Source of the DNA: a virus
Length of the DNA stretch: 64,000 nucleotides
IMG/VR virus record: IMGVR_UViG_3300007177_000160
Location: 50,266 to 114,265 of that record
Strand: one strand, 5' to 3'
Part shown: positions 1 through 9,215 of the stretch, piece after piece
Layout of the letters: each line of letters opens with the position of its first letter
Position numbering within the stretch: position 1 is the first letter of the stretch
The notes under the pieces: generated by a model
Database searches by the model: none
Seen by the model: only the letters and a program-made list of their open reading frames with translations
What the model was told of the DNA's origin: nothing
Program-made: the position numbers and the translations under genes

Positions 1-36
1 TAGAAGAGGTTAACATTTAAAGTTAATTTATAAAAT

Positions 37-71
37 GTGGAAGCTCAGTTAATTCTGGGCTTTCACTTTTT
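37..71 (+). terminator. Intrinsic terminator of the upstream (out-of-window) gene
   Basis: Hairpin GTGGAAGCTCAG-ttaatt-CTGGGCTTTCAC followed by TTTTT. Confidence 0.7.
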
Positions 72-83
72 AAGTTAATTATT

Positions 84-91
84 TATATTTG
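84..91 (+). promoter_or_regulatory. Bacteroidota-type -7 promoter element (TAnnTTTG)
   Basis: TATATTTG just downstream of a terminator and 3 nt before the ATG at 95; the -33 position reads TTC rather than TTG. Confidence 0.5.
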
Positions 92-94
92 CTT

Positions 95-739
95 ATGTTC
101 AAACGCAACCCCAAAAAGGTTCCTGTAAAAGGAGAGCCTGAAAAGAAAGTCATTGAAACAATCTGTAATGACTGTGGTCGGAAACGGCCATACGCAAACA
201 AGACTAAGAAATTATGTAGTGTGTGCGTTCAGAAACAAGCAAAAGAGAAAGCCAAACTCAAAAGAGAAGCAGTCCGTAAAAAGAAAGCAGACACTATTAC
301 ACAAGCTAAGTTAGACCAAATGACTTCTTGGTTAATCAGAGCTGCCTTTGAAGAAAAATGCCATGCATGTGGGGTTCAGATGCCTAGAAAGCAATTACAA
401 TGCTGTCACTTCGTTAGTCGCACAAAGTCAATGACACGATATGATTTACGCAATATGCTTCCTGGTTGTCCTACCTGCAACATGTACACTCCTCACCACG
501 TATGGAACTTAGGTAAGTCCATCAACAAGATATGGGGTAACGACATGACTGAAACTCTTTTGGACATTTCTACTACTAGCCTTAAACTAAACAACAACGA
601 TCGTAGGCAAATCTATGATATCTTTAAGGATGCTTTGGAAAGAATCGAATCAGGCAATTATAATTTAAGTGAGAAGCAGGTAATACTAACCATCTGCTAC
701 AATGAATATTCTGTGATAGTAGATAAAATTATAAAGTAA
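95..739 (+). CDS. NinG/Rap-like recombination endonuclease with N-terminal Zn finger
   Basis: CxxC pairs, CHACG..QCCHFVSR...RYDLRN...CPTCN pattern typical of NinG; ATG at 95 preferred over TTG at 89. Confidence 0.75.
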   Translation: MFKRNPKKVPVKGEPEKKVIETICNDCGRKRPYANKTKKLCSVCVQKQAKEKAKLKREAVRKKKADTITQAKLDQMTSWLIRAAFEEKCHACGVQMPRKQLQCCHFVSRTKSMTRYDLRNMLPGCPTCNMYTPHHVWNLGKSINKIWGNDMTETLLDISTTSLKLNNNDRRQIYDIFKDALERIESGNYNLSEKQVILTICYNEYSVIVDKIIK

Positions 740-743
740 CAAG

Positions 744-2744
744 ATGATAGGATTTGTTTCAACAAGTAAAGAAAACATAGCTGCCATTCAAGGTAAGCAC
801 CCTGAGATTATCTGTTGTGGAGTTAATCACGCACTTGAATATCTGGATAAACTAGATTGGATAGGTTATGACTCCGAGACTTTGGGATTAGATCCTTATA
901 CTTCGGACATAATTACTATTCAGTTAGGCGACGCTAAACATCAATTTGTAATTGACGTTACCAGCGTAGATATCCAGTACTTTAAAGAGCTACTAGAGAC
1001 CAAGCCTATTATTGGTCATAACTTGAAGTTCGACTTACGTTTCTTATACCACGAAAGAATCATACCCTCTAAAGTATACGATACGTTCTTAGCCGAGAAA
1101 ACAACCCGCTTAGGTATAAACTCGCATCGTTCTAGTTTAGCAGATACCGTGTATAGACACTTAGGAGTTATCTTAGATAAGTCTGAGCGAGCAAATATCA
1201 ACGGCAGGTTCACGGTTCCTTTCGTACTCTATTCTGCGCTGGATGTAGCTTACTTACATCAAATTAAAGACATTCAGCTTGGTATACTAGAGAAACAAGG
1301 ATCACTAAACTCTATTGAATTAGATAACAGATTCGTAAAAGCACTTGCTTACATCGAGTACTGCGGTATTAAACTAGATGAAGGTAAGTGGCGTAGTAAG
1401 ATGGCTCGAGTTAGACAAGAGCTAGAAGAAACAGAAACTGCACTAAACCAGTTTGTAATAGATAATAAAATGAGTAAGTTCATTAATTATCAGACAGACT
1501 TGTTTTCTTCCAGTTTAAAAACCACAATTAATTGGAACTCTTCAACGCAAGTAGTCCAGTTCTATAAAGCTTTAGGTGTAGATACCTCCGTAACAGAAAA
1601 GGGAGAAACTAAAGACACAATAGAAGCAGGGCACTTATCCAAATTCGTTAAGAAGTTTCCAATTATAGAAACTTATCTACGCTATAAGCAAGCACAAAAA
1701 GACTTGGGTACTTATGGCGAGAACTTTATTAAACTAATCAACCCTGTAAGCGGTAGAATTCACACTCAATACAAACAGTTAATGAACACTGGTAGGTTGT
1801 CTAGCGGAGGAAAAGATAAAGCCACAGGAACGGCTTATCCTAATCTCCAGAACATTCCTAGCGATGAAGAAACAAGAAGTTGCTTCGTAGCCGAAGAAGG
1901 TAATGTCATTATCGGGTGTGACTATTCAGGTCAGGAACAGATTGTTCTAGTAAACAAATGTCTTGATCCTAACTTACTACAGTTTTACGACCAAGGATTA
2001 GGTGACATGCACAGCTTCGTGGCCAGCAAGATGTATCCTGAATTAGAAGGTTTAACATTAGATGAAATTAAATCTAAGCACAAGGACAAACGTCAAGCTG
2101 CAAAGTCTGCGGGTTTTGCTATTAACTACGGTGGTCAAGGTATTACCATCGCAGAAAACTTAGGTATCAGTTTAGAAGAGGGTAACAAAATTTATGAAGC
2201 TTACTTTCAGGCTTTTCCTGGACTTAAAACATATTTCGAGGAAGTCAAAAAGTTTGGTGTACAGAATGGATTTGTACTTATCTCTAAGGTAACAGGAAAG
2301 AAATCTTATGTAGATTATTACGAAGACTTCCTAGAAGCCAAGAAAGCAATTGAAACTCCAGGATTCTGGGATGACTACAAGAAACATAAAGCTCAACGCA
2401 CCGTGACGTACTCGAAGATGAAAGATCAAATCTCTCGATATTACACAAAGAAAGGCGAGATTGAGCGTATGTCCCTTAACTACCCGATACAAGGCGAAAG
2501 CGCAGAGATAACCAAGTTATCCTGTGTTTATTTCTGGGAAGAGTATCTAGTACCTAATCAACTTTTATTTACAGTTAAAATTATTAATACAGTCCACGAC
2601 GAGAACTTAGTGGAATGTCCAGAGTCTATCTCTGAAGAGGTAGCAAATGCACTTGAATCTGCGATGGTAAAAGCAGGTAAAGTATTTTGTAAACGGGTTC
2701 CGCTTAAAGCAGACCCCAGTATTTCTAAATATTGGAAAAAATAG
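744..2744 (+). CDS. polA: DNA polymerase, family A, with 3'-5' exonuclease domain
   Basis: Exo motifs DSETLG, GHNLKFD, YSALDV; polymerase motifs TGRLSS, DYSGQE (A), KSAGFAINYG (B), VHDE (C). Confidence 0.95.
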   Translation: MIGFVSTSKENIAAIQGKHPEIICCGVNHALEYLDKLDWIGYDSETLGLDPYTSDIITIQLGDAKHQFVIDVTSVDIQYFKELLETKPIIGHNLKFDLRFLYHERIIPSKVYDTFLAEKTTRLGINSHRSSLADTVYRHLGVILDKSERANINGRFTVPFVLYSALDVAYLHQIKDIQLGILEKQGSLNSIELDNRFVKALAYIEYCGIKLDEGKWRSKMARVRQELEETETALNQFVIDNKMSKFINYQTDLFSSSLKTTINWNSSTQVVQFYKALGVDTSVTEKGETKDTIEAGHLSKFVKKFPIIETYLRYKQAQKDLGTYGENFIKLINPVSGRIHTQYKQLMNTGRLSSGGKDKATGTAYPNLQNIPSDEETRSCFVAEEGNVIIGCDYSGQEQIVLVNKCLDPNLLQFYDQGLGDMHSFVASKMYPELEGLTLDEIKSKHKDKRQAAKSAGFAINYGGQGITIAENLGISLEEGNKIYEAYFQAFPGLKTYFEEVKKFGVQNGFVLISKVTGKKSYVDYYEDFLEAKKAIETPGFWDDYKKHKAQRTVTYSKMKDQISRYYTKKGEIERMSLNYPIQGESAEITKLSCVYFWEEYLVPNQLLFTVKIINTVHDENLVECPESISEEVANALESAMVKAGKVFCKRVPLKADPSISKYWKK

Positions 2745-2746
2745 TT

Positions 2747-2890
2747 ATGAAAGCAGAAGAAATTGCACAATTAAAGGAACTAACTCCTGAATACTTACAT
2801 GCTAGGTTAACAACACTTAATCATAAAATTCACGAACTTAGAATGGAAGCACAACAAATTAGACTAATAATCAAAGCACTTAAAAAATAA
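2747..2890 (+). CDS. Small helical protein, 47 aa (not in the ORF track)
   Basis: ATG 2 nt after the polA stop, reads MKAEEIAQLKELTPEYLHARLTTLNHKIHELRMEAQQIRLIIKALKK*, fills the gap to the next gene. Confidence 0.7.
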   Translation: MKAEEIAQLKELTPEYLHARLTTLNHKIHELRMEAQQIRLIIKALKK

Positions 2891-2894
2891 AATT

Positions 2895-3446
2895 ATGGGA
2901 GCAACACAATTTATCAATAAGACAAGAGCCTACTCTATGAGAGAGGCTTACGACCAACTTGTAGAAGATGCAACTTTTGAGCACGGAAACGACAGCTACA
3001 ATGGTACTATCAGTACTACTCAAGGATTTAGAGATATAACTTCTGAGTTCCGTAAAAGCGGATTAACTATTGACGAGTTTATTGACAAGAAAATAGAAGA
3101 CGCGAGTAAATGGGGTCCTGCATTTGGCGTTTGCATTGTAGATCCTATCCAAAACAAACTAAAAGTAAAATCTCAAGTAGAACAGGTTGTAGTTCCTGGA
3201 ACTAAGAAGTGGGAACTTATGTACTTTGTTTTAGATCCTAGAGGAAAGAAAATCGCTAGCAGTGACAACAAAACAGAAGCTGTTAAGTTGGCTCGTGCCT
3301 ACACGGAAAAAACCCAAGAGAACACAACTGTTATTATGGAGCGTGTATTGGTGTCTTGTAGTCCTGTTGTAGCAAGAATTAAATTTAAACATGATAAGAA
3401 CCAAAAACCAGGTGCTTATTATTTCTTCGGTTGGGCAGCAGAATAG
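2895..3446 (+). CDS. Hypothetical phage protein
   Basis: 183-aa ORF in a tightly packed operon. Confidence 0.75.
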   Translation: MGATQFINKTRAYSMREAYDQLVEDATFEHGNDSYNGTISTTQGFRDITSEFRKSGLTIDEFIDKKIEDASKWGPAFGVCIVDPIQNKLKVKSQVEQVVVPGTKKWELMYFVLDPRGKKIASSDNKTEAVKLARAYTEKTQENTTVIMERVLVSCSPVVARIKFKHDKNQKPGAYYFFGWAAE

Positions 3447-3449
3447 TTT

Positions 3450-3842
3450 GTGAGTAACAGTTCTGATTATTTTAACGGAAGTGTAACTGACAACGTAGAA
3501 AAACTATTAAGGGAAAGACCAGAAACCAGGGATGAAGACAGCAAACTAGTCGCTAATTATTATTATTACTTTCAAGCAGACCTTGTAAAGGGTAGAACTG
3601 CTGAAGAATTTTTAAAAGCACTAGGTCGAAATGAACTGGTTTCTTCTGACCTTATTACTAGAACTCGTAGAAAGTTACAGGAACACAATCCCGACTTACG
3701 AGGTAAGGTATGGGAAGAAAGACAAGAACGGAGAGAAGCAGTTAGGCAGGAAACCAGGAACGCAGAAGAATTTAAGCGACCTAAACCTCCTAAACCTCCT
3801 AAGCCTCCACAAATTAAACCAACTAACAAAAGAATTATTTAA
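3450..3842 (+). CDS. Hypothetical protein with C-terminal Pro/Lys repeat
   Basis: 130-aa ORF; stop overlaps the next start; PKPPKPPKPP tail. Confidence 0.7.
   Translation: MSNSSDYFNGSVTDNVEKLLRERPETRDEDSKLVANYYYYFQADLVKGRTAEEFLKALGRNELVSSDLITRTRRKLQEHNPDLRGKVWEERQERREAVRQETRNAEEFKRPKPPKPPKPPQIKPTNKRII
3781..3810 (+). repeat. Short 9-bp tandem repeat encoding PKP
   Basis: cctaaacct cctaaacct cctaagcct cca. Confidence 0.7.
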
Positions 3843-4498
3843 TGGCAAATTATTGTTACAACTCCATCACTTTTACAGGTGACATGGAACAACTAAAAAA
3901 ACTCGAAAAACGTTTACAAAAAGCCCAAGAAAATCGCCTTAAAGAAGCATACACGGACCAAGGACTTCCAATACCAACCACAGTTCCAGACGAAAATTCT
4001 CTATGGTTAAATGGTGCAAATTACCACTTTATCCTATTTAAAAAAGCAGATAATTGGTCGGACTCTAGTGAAGATGTGTATCAGAAGTACGGAAGTAAGT
4101 GGTTTGAACCTTATTGGAGTTTTGACGAAGACACTTTACAGATGTGGGGAGACAGTGCTTGGAGCCCTATGCTGCCTTTCTTTGTAAAAATCTGTAAGTT
4201 TTATAAACTTCAAGCTTCGGGTTTTTACTCAGAGCCAGGGATGAACTTTGCAGGAGACTTTGAGATGAACGAAGCTGGAATGATGCAACACATACCCGCA
4301 ACTTATAGAGCACACTTAGCAAAAAATAATCCTGAAGTTTTTTGGGAGGATATTATAGTGTGGATAAGTGACGGAGTTTATAATAGTTTAGATGCTATAT
4401 TTGCTGACTTCAAGGAAGTAGATTGGGAACTAACACCTAGTGAGATACAAACACTTGAAGAAGCATTTAAGGAGTTTAAAAACCTTCCAATTCCGTAA
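3842..4498 (+). CDS. DUF1281/YubB-type ferredoxin-like fold protein
   Basis: N-terminal MANYCYNSITF, KYGSKW, SAWSP and YSEPGMNFAG motifs. Confidence 0.65.
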   Translation: MANYCYNSITFTGDMEQLKKLEKRLQKAQENRLKEAYTDQGLPIPTTVPDENSLWLNGANYHFILFKKADNWSDSSEDVYQKYGSKWFEPYWSFDEDTLQMWGDSAWSPMLPFFVKICKFYKLQASGFYSEPGMNFAGDFEMNEAGMMQHIPATYRAHLAKNNPEVFWEDIIVWISDGVYNSLDAIFADFKEVDWELTPSEIQTLEEAFKEFKNLPIP

Positions 4499-4782
4499 TG
4501 AGTTTAAGTGAAGAACAGAAATTAAAGGATATAAGAAGGGCCTATGTATTAGCACGGGCCCTTAATATCCAGTACCAGTGGATTAGAGAATTTCTTAATC
4601 CAGAACTTAAAAAGGCAGCCAATGATGCTAAGGCAGCTAACTCTTACTTTATTAAAAAGATTGACGATGCTTTTAAACGCAGATTGCGTGAAGACAAACT
4701 TATCAACGAAGAAGAAGAGTTAGCGTTTAAGCTGCTAGAAGAATTAGAAAAATTAAATACGGATAAAGATGTCAATAAATAG
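4498..4782 (+). CDS. Hypothetical protein
   Basis: 94-aa ORF coupled to its neighbour by TAATG. Confidence 0.7.
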   Translation: MSLSEEQKLKDIRRAYVLARALNIQYQWIREFLNPELKKAANDAKAANSYFIKKIDDAFKRRLREDKLINEEEELAFKLLEELEKLNTDKDVNK

Positions 4783-5239
4783 AATTTATTTGCCAGCAAA
4801 ACTCAGCAAAAATATTGACGGCACTATTCATCTCAAGGTAGACAGGGAATTATTACAAGCCTACTACCTAGAGTTAATGATGGGTGATCCTGAAATTGAT
4901 GTTGAGATTTGTCTAACGAGGATTGACGCAAAGAAAACTATTCCTCAGTTAGCTTATTTCTTTGGCGTAGTGCTTCCTATTATAAAAGAACAACTAGAAG
5001 AACTCGAAGGAACTACTATGACTAAAGATGATGTAATGACTATTCTCAAAAGTCTTTTCTTGTACGAGGAGATTTTATTTGAAGGAGAGTTTAAAAAAGT
5101 ACCTATGTCTTTATCTAAAGCCAAGAAGTCCGAAGTCAATAAATTTATACAAGACGTTATGGACTTTGCTAGAGATATGCTAGGAGTAGAAATACCAGAA
5201 CCAACTAAAGAAATAGAATATGGAAGACAACCAAACTAA
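4769..5239 (+). CDS. NinB/Orf-like recombination accessory protein
   Basis: KTIPQLAYFFGVV...SLSKAKKSEVNKFIQDV...LGVEIPEP pattern. Confidence 0.55.
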   Translation: MSINRIYLPAKLSKNIDGTIHLKVDRELLQAYYLELMMGDPEIDVEICLTRIDAKKTIPQLAYFFGVVLPIIKEQLEELEGTTMTKDDVMTILKSLFLYEEILFEGEFKKVPMSLSKAKKSEVNKFIQDVMDFARDMLGVEIPEPTKEIEYGRQPN

Positions 5240-5684
5240 CCCACACATTGATCCAGTAGTAGACAGCTTCATGCAAGCTCTTAAACAACAAAAAGAGATG
5301 CTAGAGCACGTCGAATCTTCAAAGATTGATGCAATCAGAGAGTCAATGAAGATTAACCAAACCGCAGAACAAGCCTTGAGATACAATCAAGGTAAACCTC
5401 AATGGTCTTTAGTAGACTTTGATTCTCTTGAAGGACTTGTACACGTATTAGAATACGGAGCCAGAAAGTACAGTAAAGACAACTGGAAGAAAGGTATGCC
5501 TGTAACTCAAGTAAGTGAGTCTTTAATGCGTCACTTGTTTGCGTTCTTACGTGGAGACGATATAGATCCTGAGTCAGGCTGTCGTCACATCAGCCACGTT
5601 ATGTGTAATGCTATGTTCCTTGAATACATTCTAAGAGATAAGCCGCACTTCGATGACAGGAAAAATAGCAATAACATTCCATAA
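5220..5684 (+). CDS. dATP/dGTP diphosphohydrolase-domain (DUF5664-like) protein
   Basis: RYNQGKPQWSL..VLEYGARKYSKDNWKKG..SLMRHL..DPESGCRHISHVMCNAMFL. Confidence 0.85.
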   Translation: MEDNQTNPHIDPVVDSFMQALKQQKEMLEHVESSKIDAIRESMKINQTAEQALRYNQGKPQWSLVDFDSLEGLVHVLEYGARKYSKDNWKKGMPVTQVSESLMRHLFAFLRGDDIDPESGCRHISHVMCNAMFLEYILRDKPHFDDRKNSNNIP

Positions 5685-5862
5685 CTATTTTAGAAATAAA
5701 ATAGGCCAAAGAGATACGCCCTACGTGTATTTCTATTTTGTACCACTAGTAGCGTGGTCTAGAACAGCTAATCAATCCATCAGCTTACATATAGGATGGT
5801 TATATTTCACAATTTTAATTAGAATTAAAAATGATTACAGACGAAGAATATTTAGCAAGTAA
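5653..5862 (+). CDS. Small hydrophobic hypothetical protein
   Basis: 69-aa ORF overlapping both neighbours. Confidence 0.5.
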   Translation: MTGKIAITFHNYFRNKIGQRDTPYVYFYFVPLVAWSRTANQSISLHIGWLYFTILIRIKNDYRRRIFSK

Positions 5863-6811
5863 TGCTATCAGCCAAAGTAAGCTGAAGAAAATTTTGACTC
5901 ACCCATCTAACTATCTAGAAGATAGTTCTGATAGTGAGTTTGACGAACCAAAAGCAAATATTATTATAGGAGATGGTGTAGATATTCTCCTAACACAGAA
6001 TGAAGATGTTTTCTTTGAGCAGTTCCACATTAGTACAGTAGAAAGACCTACAGGACAGATGGGAGACTATGTGTGGAGTTTATTTATAAACAGAAGCAAT
6101 CCAGATGCAGAAGAGATTGCTTATCACGAAGCAGGATTTAAGCGTGATACCTTTGACAAAGTAAAAGAAAGATTTAAAACTGAAGGTGCTGCGTACTTTT
6201 ATGACTTACTTAACGGAGAAGACAAAACTGTAATTAGTCCACAGCAGTTTACGCAGATTCAAGTAGCTAAGGAAACTTTACTTACTCATCGATTTACTGC
6301 TAAGTATTTCCGCAATAACGAAAGATACGAGGTTAAGTATCAGGTACCAATTTATTTTAATTACGAAGGCACAGACTGTAAAGGTCTTATTGACTTAGTT
6401 ATTATAGATAAAGACACAAGAACTTTGTATCCAGTAGATATTAAGACAACGGGTTACAGATTGGATTCTTGGATTGGTAATTTCTGGTCTTTGCGTTACG
6501 ATATTCAAGCGGCTTTTTACAGTTATGGTTTAAATACTATGTTAGAAAAGTTTGGCTGCGAAAAACTAGGCAACTTCAAATTCATAGTGGTAAACCAAAC
6601 CAAGCCAGAAAACCCATTAATCTTTCAGGTAAGCGATGAAATATTAAAGTTTGGGGAAGTAGGTGGTAAAAAGATTTCAGTTGAATACGAAGGCTTTAAA
6701 CAAGCAATTGCTAGAGTTAAGTGGCATACGGAAAATGATCTTTGGGATTATCGTATGGAAGACTATTTGAATAATGGAGTTAGAACTATAAATTTGCCTA
6801 CGTTAAACTAA
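5831..6811 (+). CDS. PD-(D/E)XK exonuclease (RecE/DUF3799-like)
   Basis: ISQSKLK start, CKGLIDLV..VDIKTT, YDIQAAFY motifs. Confidence 0.85.
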   Translation: MITDEEYLASNAISQSKLKKILTHPSNYLEDSSDSEFDEPKANIIIGDGVDILLTQNEDVFFEQFHISTVERPTGQMGDYVWSLFINRSNPDAEEIAYHEAGFKRDTFDKVKERFKTEGAAYFYDLLNGEDKTVISPQQFTQIQVAKETLLTHRFTAKYFRNNERYEVKYQVPIYFNYEGTDCKGLIDLVIIDKDTRTLYPVDIKTTGYRLDSWIGNFWSLRYDIQAAFYSYGLNTMLEKFGCEKLGNFKFIVVNQTKPENPLIFQVSDEILKFGEVGGKKISVEYEGFKQAIARVKWHTENDLWDYRMEDYLNNGVRTINLPTLN

Positions 6812-7245
6812 TGGGTACTAATACAGAAGTGAAGGAATTAAATCTCACAGGTAAGCTTTTATGTGGATTTGTATTTTCTAAAGACAGTTTGGGTGCGTTG
6901 ATGAGTGCAGGGTTAATCAATATTTATCTTGATGATTATGGCTACACATCTCGACACACAGATTGTATGTTCTTTTTATTTAATTCTAACAACAAGTATT
7001 ACGACTCATTAGAAAAAAAGATTACCAGCTTTGTAAGCTTCCACGATTGGTATGAAGTGGGAGAAGGTAGACGTATGTTAGTGTTTAAGATAGGTGATGC
7101 TTACAAGAAAGACTTCAAAAACTTTAAACAGAATAATTTTAAAGATTTTTCTGTAAGTGCTTTGAAGGTTTTACCAATTGTAAACTTTAATTTTGAACTA
7201 GATTATTCAAAAGAAATTTATCGATATCACTTATGTCCAAACTAA
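6811..7245 (+). CDS. Hypothetical protein
   Basis: 144-aa ORF, translationally coupled. Confidence 0.7.
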   Translation: MGTNTEVKELNLTGKLLCGFVFSKDSLGALMSAGLINIYLDDYGYTSRHTDCMFFLFNSNNKYYDSLEKKITSFVSFHDWYEVGEGRRMLVFKIGDAYKKDFKNFKQNNFKDFSVSALKVLPIVNFNFELDYSKEIYRYHLCPN

Positions 7246-8237
7246 CACACGCTGAAAAGAAACTAAACCTATACCTAGACATAGCAGAAAGAGTCGCTCA
7301 AGAGTCTTACTGTAAGCGTTTACAAGTGGGCGCTATCATTGTAAAAGATGGAAATATTATTTCCTTTGGATACAATGGAGCTATAGCAGGCACTGTAAAC
7401 AAATGTGAAGAATGTCCTGCCGAAGAAATTTGGCAGGATACTTCATATTTAAACTATCAAGTTAGTTCTTTAGGAAAAGTCAAACGATTAGGTACTACAT
7501 TAACAAAAGAGATTAAAAAAGCAAATGGAACTGTTTATATACAGAATGTTTCTTTAGAAGAAAGAGAGTTAGGAATTTCTTGTAATAAAAAGGGTTATCC
7601 TGTTGTAAAAATTAACTCTAAAAGTGTTCTAGTACATCAATTAGTAGCAAAGGCATTTATTAAAAACCCAGACTATAGTTATTACAATCAAATAAACCAC
7701 ATAGATGGAGACAAAAATAATAACAACGTAACTAACTTAGAATGGTGTACTAATCGCTATAATTGTGAAGAGCGTAGTAAAAAAACACATGCAAATAGAG
7801 AACTTCCTTTAGGAGTCTATTTAGATAAGACTAGACCAAATACTCCATATATAGGAAGAATTTATGCAAATAATAAAATTCAAATATGTAGATTTGCTAC
7901 TATAGAAGAGGCTGAAAAATTTGTGAATTATTTTAAAAATAGTAAAGATTATAAAACTTTTCGGTACGATACTACTAACTTTAGTACGACTTTACCTAGC
8001 GTACTTCACGCAGAATCTAATGCTATAACTAAGGCTTGTAAGTCACCTATATCAACAGAAGGGGCTACAATGTACTTAACGCATTCGTGCTGCTTAGAGT
8101 GCGCCAAGTTGATTATTCAAAGTGGCATCAAAAAAGTCTACTATCTACAGGACTATAGGGATAAATCAGGGATCAATCTTTTAAAGAATTGTGACATTGA
8201 TGTAGTAAGAATTAACAGAAAACCAACCAACATATAA
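7233..8237 (+). CDS. dCMP deaminase interrupted in frame by a NUMOD4-HNH homing endonuclease module
   Basis: N part: SYCKRLQVGAIIVKDGNIISFGYNG; C part: HAESNAI...THSCCLECAKLIIQSGIKKVYY; ~190-aa insert between them. Confidence 0.85.
   Translation: MSKLTHAEKKLNLYLDIAERVAQESYCKRLQVGAIIVKDGNIISFGYNGAIAGTVNKCEECPAEEIWQDTSYLNYQVSSLGKVKRLGTTLTKEIKKANGTVYIQNVSLEERELGISCNKKGYPVVKINSKSVLVHQLVAKAFIKNPDYSYYNQINHIDGDKNNNNVTNLEWCTNRYNCEERSKKTHANRELPLGVYLDKTRPNTPYIGRIYANNKIQICRFATIEEAEKFVNYFKNSKDYKTFRYDTTNFSTTLPSVLHAESNAITKACKSPISTEGATMYLTHSCCLECAKLIIQSGIKKVYYLQDYRDKSGINLLKNCDIDVVRINRKPTNI
7413..7985 (+). mobile_element. In-frame homing endonuclease insertion (NUMOD4 + HNH + AP2-like DNA-binding region); boundaries approximate
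   Basis: EEIW...YQVSSLGKVK (NUMOD4), VHQLVAKAFI..INHIDGDKNNNNVTNLEWCT (HNH), LPLGVY..YIGRI..FATIEEA (AP2-like). Confidence 0.8.
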
Positions 8238-8239
8238 CT

Positions 8240-8515
8240 ATGAAACTAAGAGGAACAAGAGTCTTATTAGACCAACCTAAGATTAATGACTTAGGTTTAG
8301 AATTATCTCCCGAAATTGAGAAGGAGTTAATGGCTGACGAATTAAAAAAGTACAATGCTCTTACTGTATTTGCTGTAGGAGATGAAGTATCAGATGTAAA
8401 CGTAGGCGATAAAGTCTATGTAGCACCTACTACTTTAGCAATGTGCGAACTTGTAGAAGTTGATGAGGAAACAAAAATCCTTGTTAGAGCTATGGACATT
8501 TCAATTATCTGGTAA
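8240..8515 (+). CDS. GroES-like co-chaperonin
   Basis: KLRGTRVLL...VFAVGDEVSDVNVGDKVYV...ILVRAMDISII matches the cpn10 pattern; 91 aa. Confidence 0.65.
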   Translation: MKLRGTRVLLDQPKINDLGLELSPEIEKELMADELKKYNALTVFAVGDEVSDVNVGDKVYVAPTTLAMCELVEVDEETKILVRAMDISIIW

Positions 8516-8516
8516 T

Positions 8517-8831
8517 ATGGTAGCGATTTTATTAAGCATAATTGCAGGTATTTTAATTATAGTAAGTGTAGCTTTAATCAACGAGTTAAGAGCTATGAAC
8601 TATAATTTGAATAGACACTGTGCTCAAAACGAGCTTCAGGTAAACCATACTAGAATGAGTTTAGATATTCTACGCAGTAACTATAACTTAAACAAAGAGG
8701 TATCTGAATTACAAAGAAGCAAAGTTATGGAAGAACTTACTAACTTAGCTAAAGCTAATCCTGCTGCTGTGAATGACCAGATTACAGATGCTGTAACCCA
8801 AAAGCCCATTAGAAAAAAATCTACAAAATAA
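8517..8831 (+). CDS. Membrane-anchored coiled-coil protein
   Basis: The likely start MVAILLSIIAGILIIVSVALI (one TM helix) directly follows the GroES stop. Confidence 0.6.
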   Translation: MVAILLSIIAGILIIVSVALINELRAMNYNLNRHCAQNELQVNHTRMSLDILRSNYNLNKEVSELQRSKVMEELTNLAKANPAAVNDQITDAVTQKPIRKKSTK

Positions 8832-8832
8832 T

Positions 8833-9156
8833 ATGAGACTATTTTATTACACCGAAAAACAAAAAATCGAAGACGGTGAAGAAATGGAACTAGTTACCAA
8901 GACTGGTTTTTCTTTTGATTTAGATAAGGTTGTTATGACCTACCCTGAAGAAAAAGGACTAGCCGTTGTTTTGGCACACAATGCCGACAAAATCAATCCT
9001 GTAGAGTATGAATACAAGATTGACCCTGTAAGCAAGAAGAAAGTTCCAGTAAGAGTTAAGAAGTTTGAAATTACTTCCGAGCCTATTGTTATTTCTTTAA
9101 CTAACATCGAAGAGATTAACAGATTCTTTGCAGAAACAGGCGGACCCAAGTACTAA
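8833..9156 (+). CDS. Hypothetical protein
   Basis: 107-aa ORF, last gene of the + strand block. Confidence 0.7.
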   Translation: MRLFYYTEKQKIEDGEEMELVTKTGFSFDLDKVVMTYPEEKGLAVVLAHNADKINPVEYEYKIDPVSKKKVPVRVKKFEITSEPIVISLTNIEEINRFFAETGGPKY

Positions 9157-9174
9157 ACTCTAAACACTCTCTAT

Positions 9175-9213
9175 AAAAGAAAACCCAGTCTTAATAGGCT
9201 GGGTTTCTTTTTT
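9175..9213. terminator. Bidirectional intrinsic terminator between convergent blocks
   Basis: AAAAGAAAACCCAGTCT-taat-AGGCTGGGTTTCTTTTTT, with an A-run before and a T-run after the stem. Confidence 0.85.
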
Positions 9214-9215
9214 CG

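Noticed and set aside
5831-6811. Cas4 or CRISPR association
   Set aside because: No Fe-S cysteine cluster and no repeat-spacer array seen in the window
7413-7985. Intein in the dCMP deaminase
   Set aside because: No C-terminal HN-[CST] junction or HINT motifs; the insert consists of NUMOD4/HNH/AP2-like sequence
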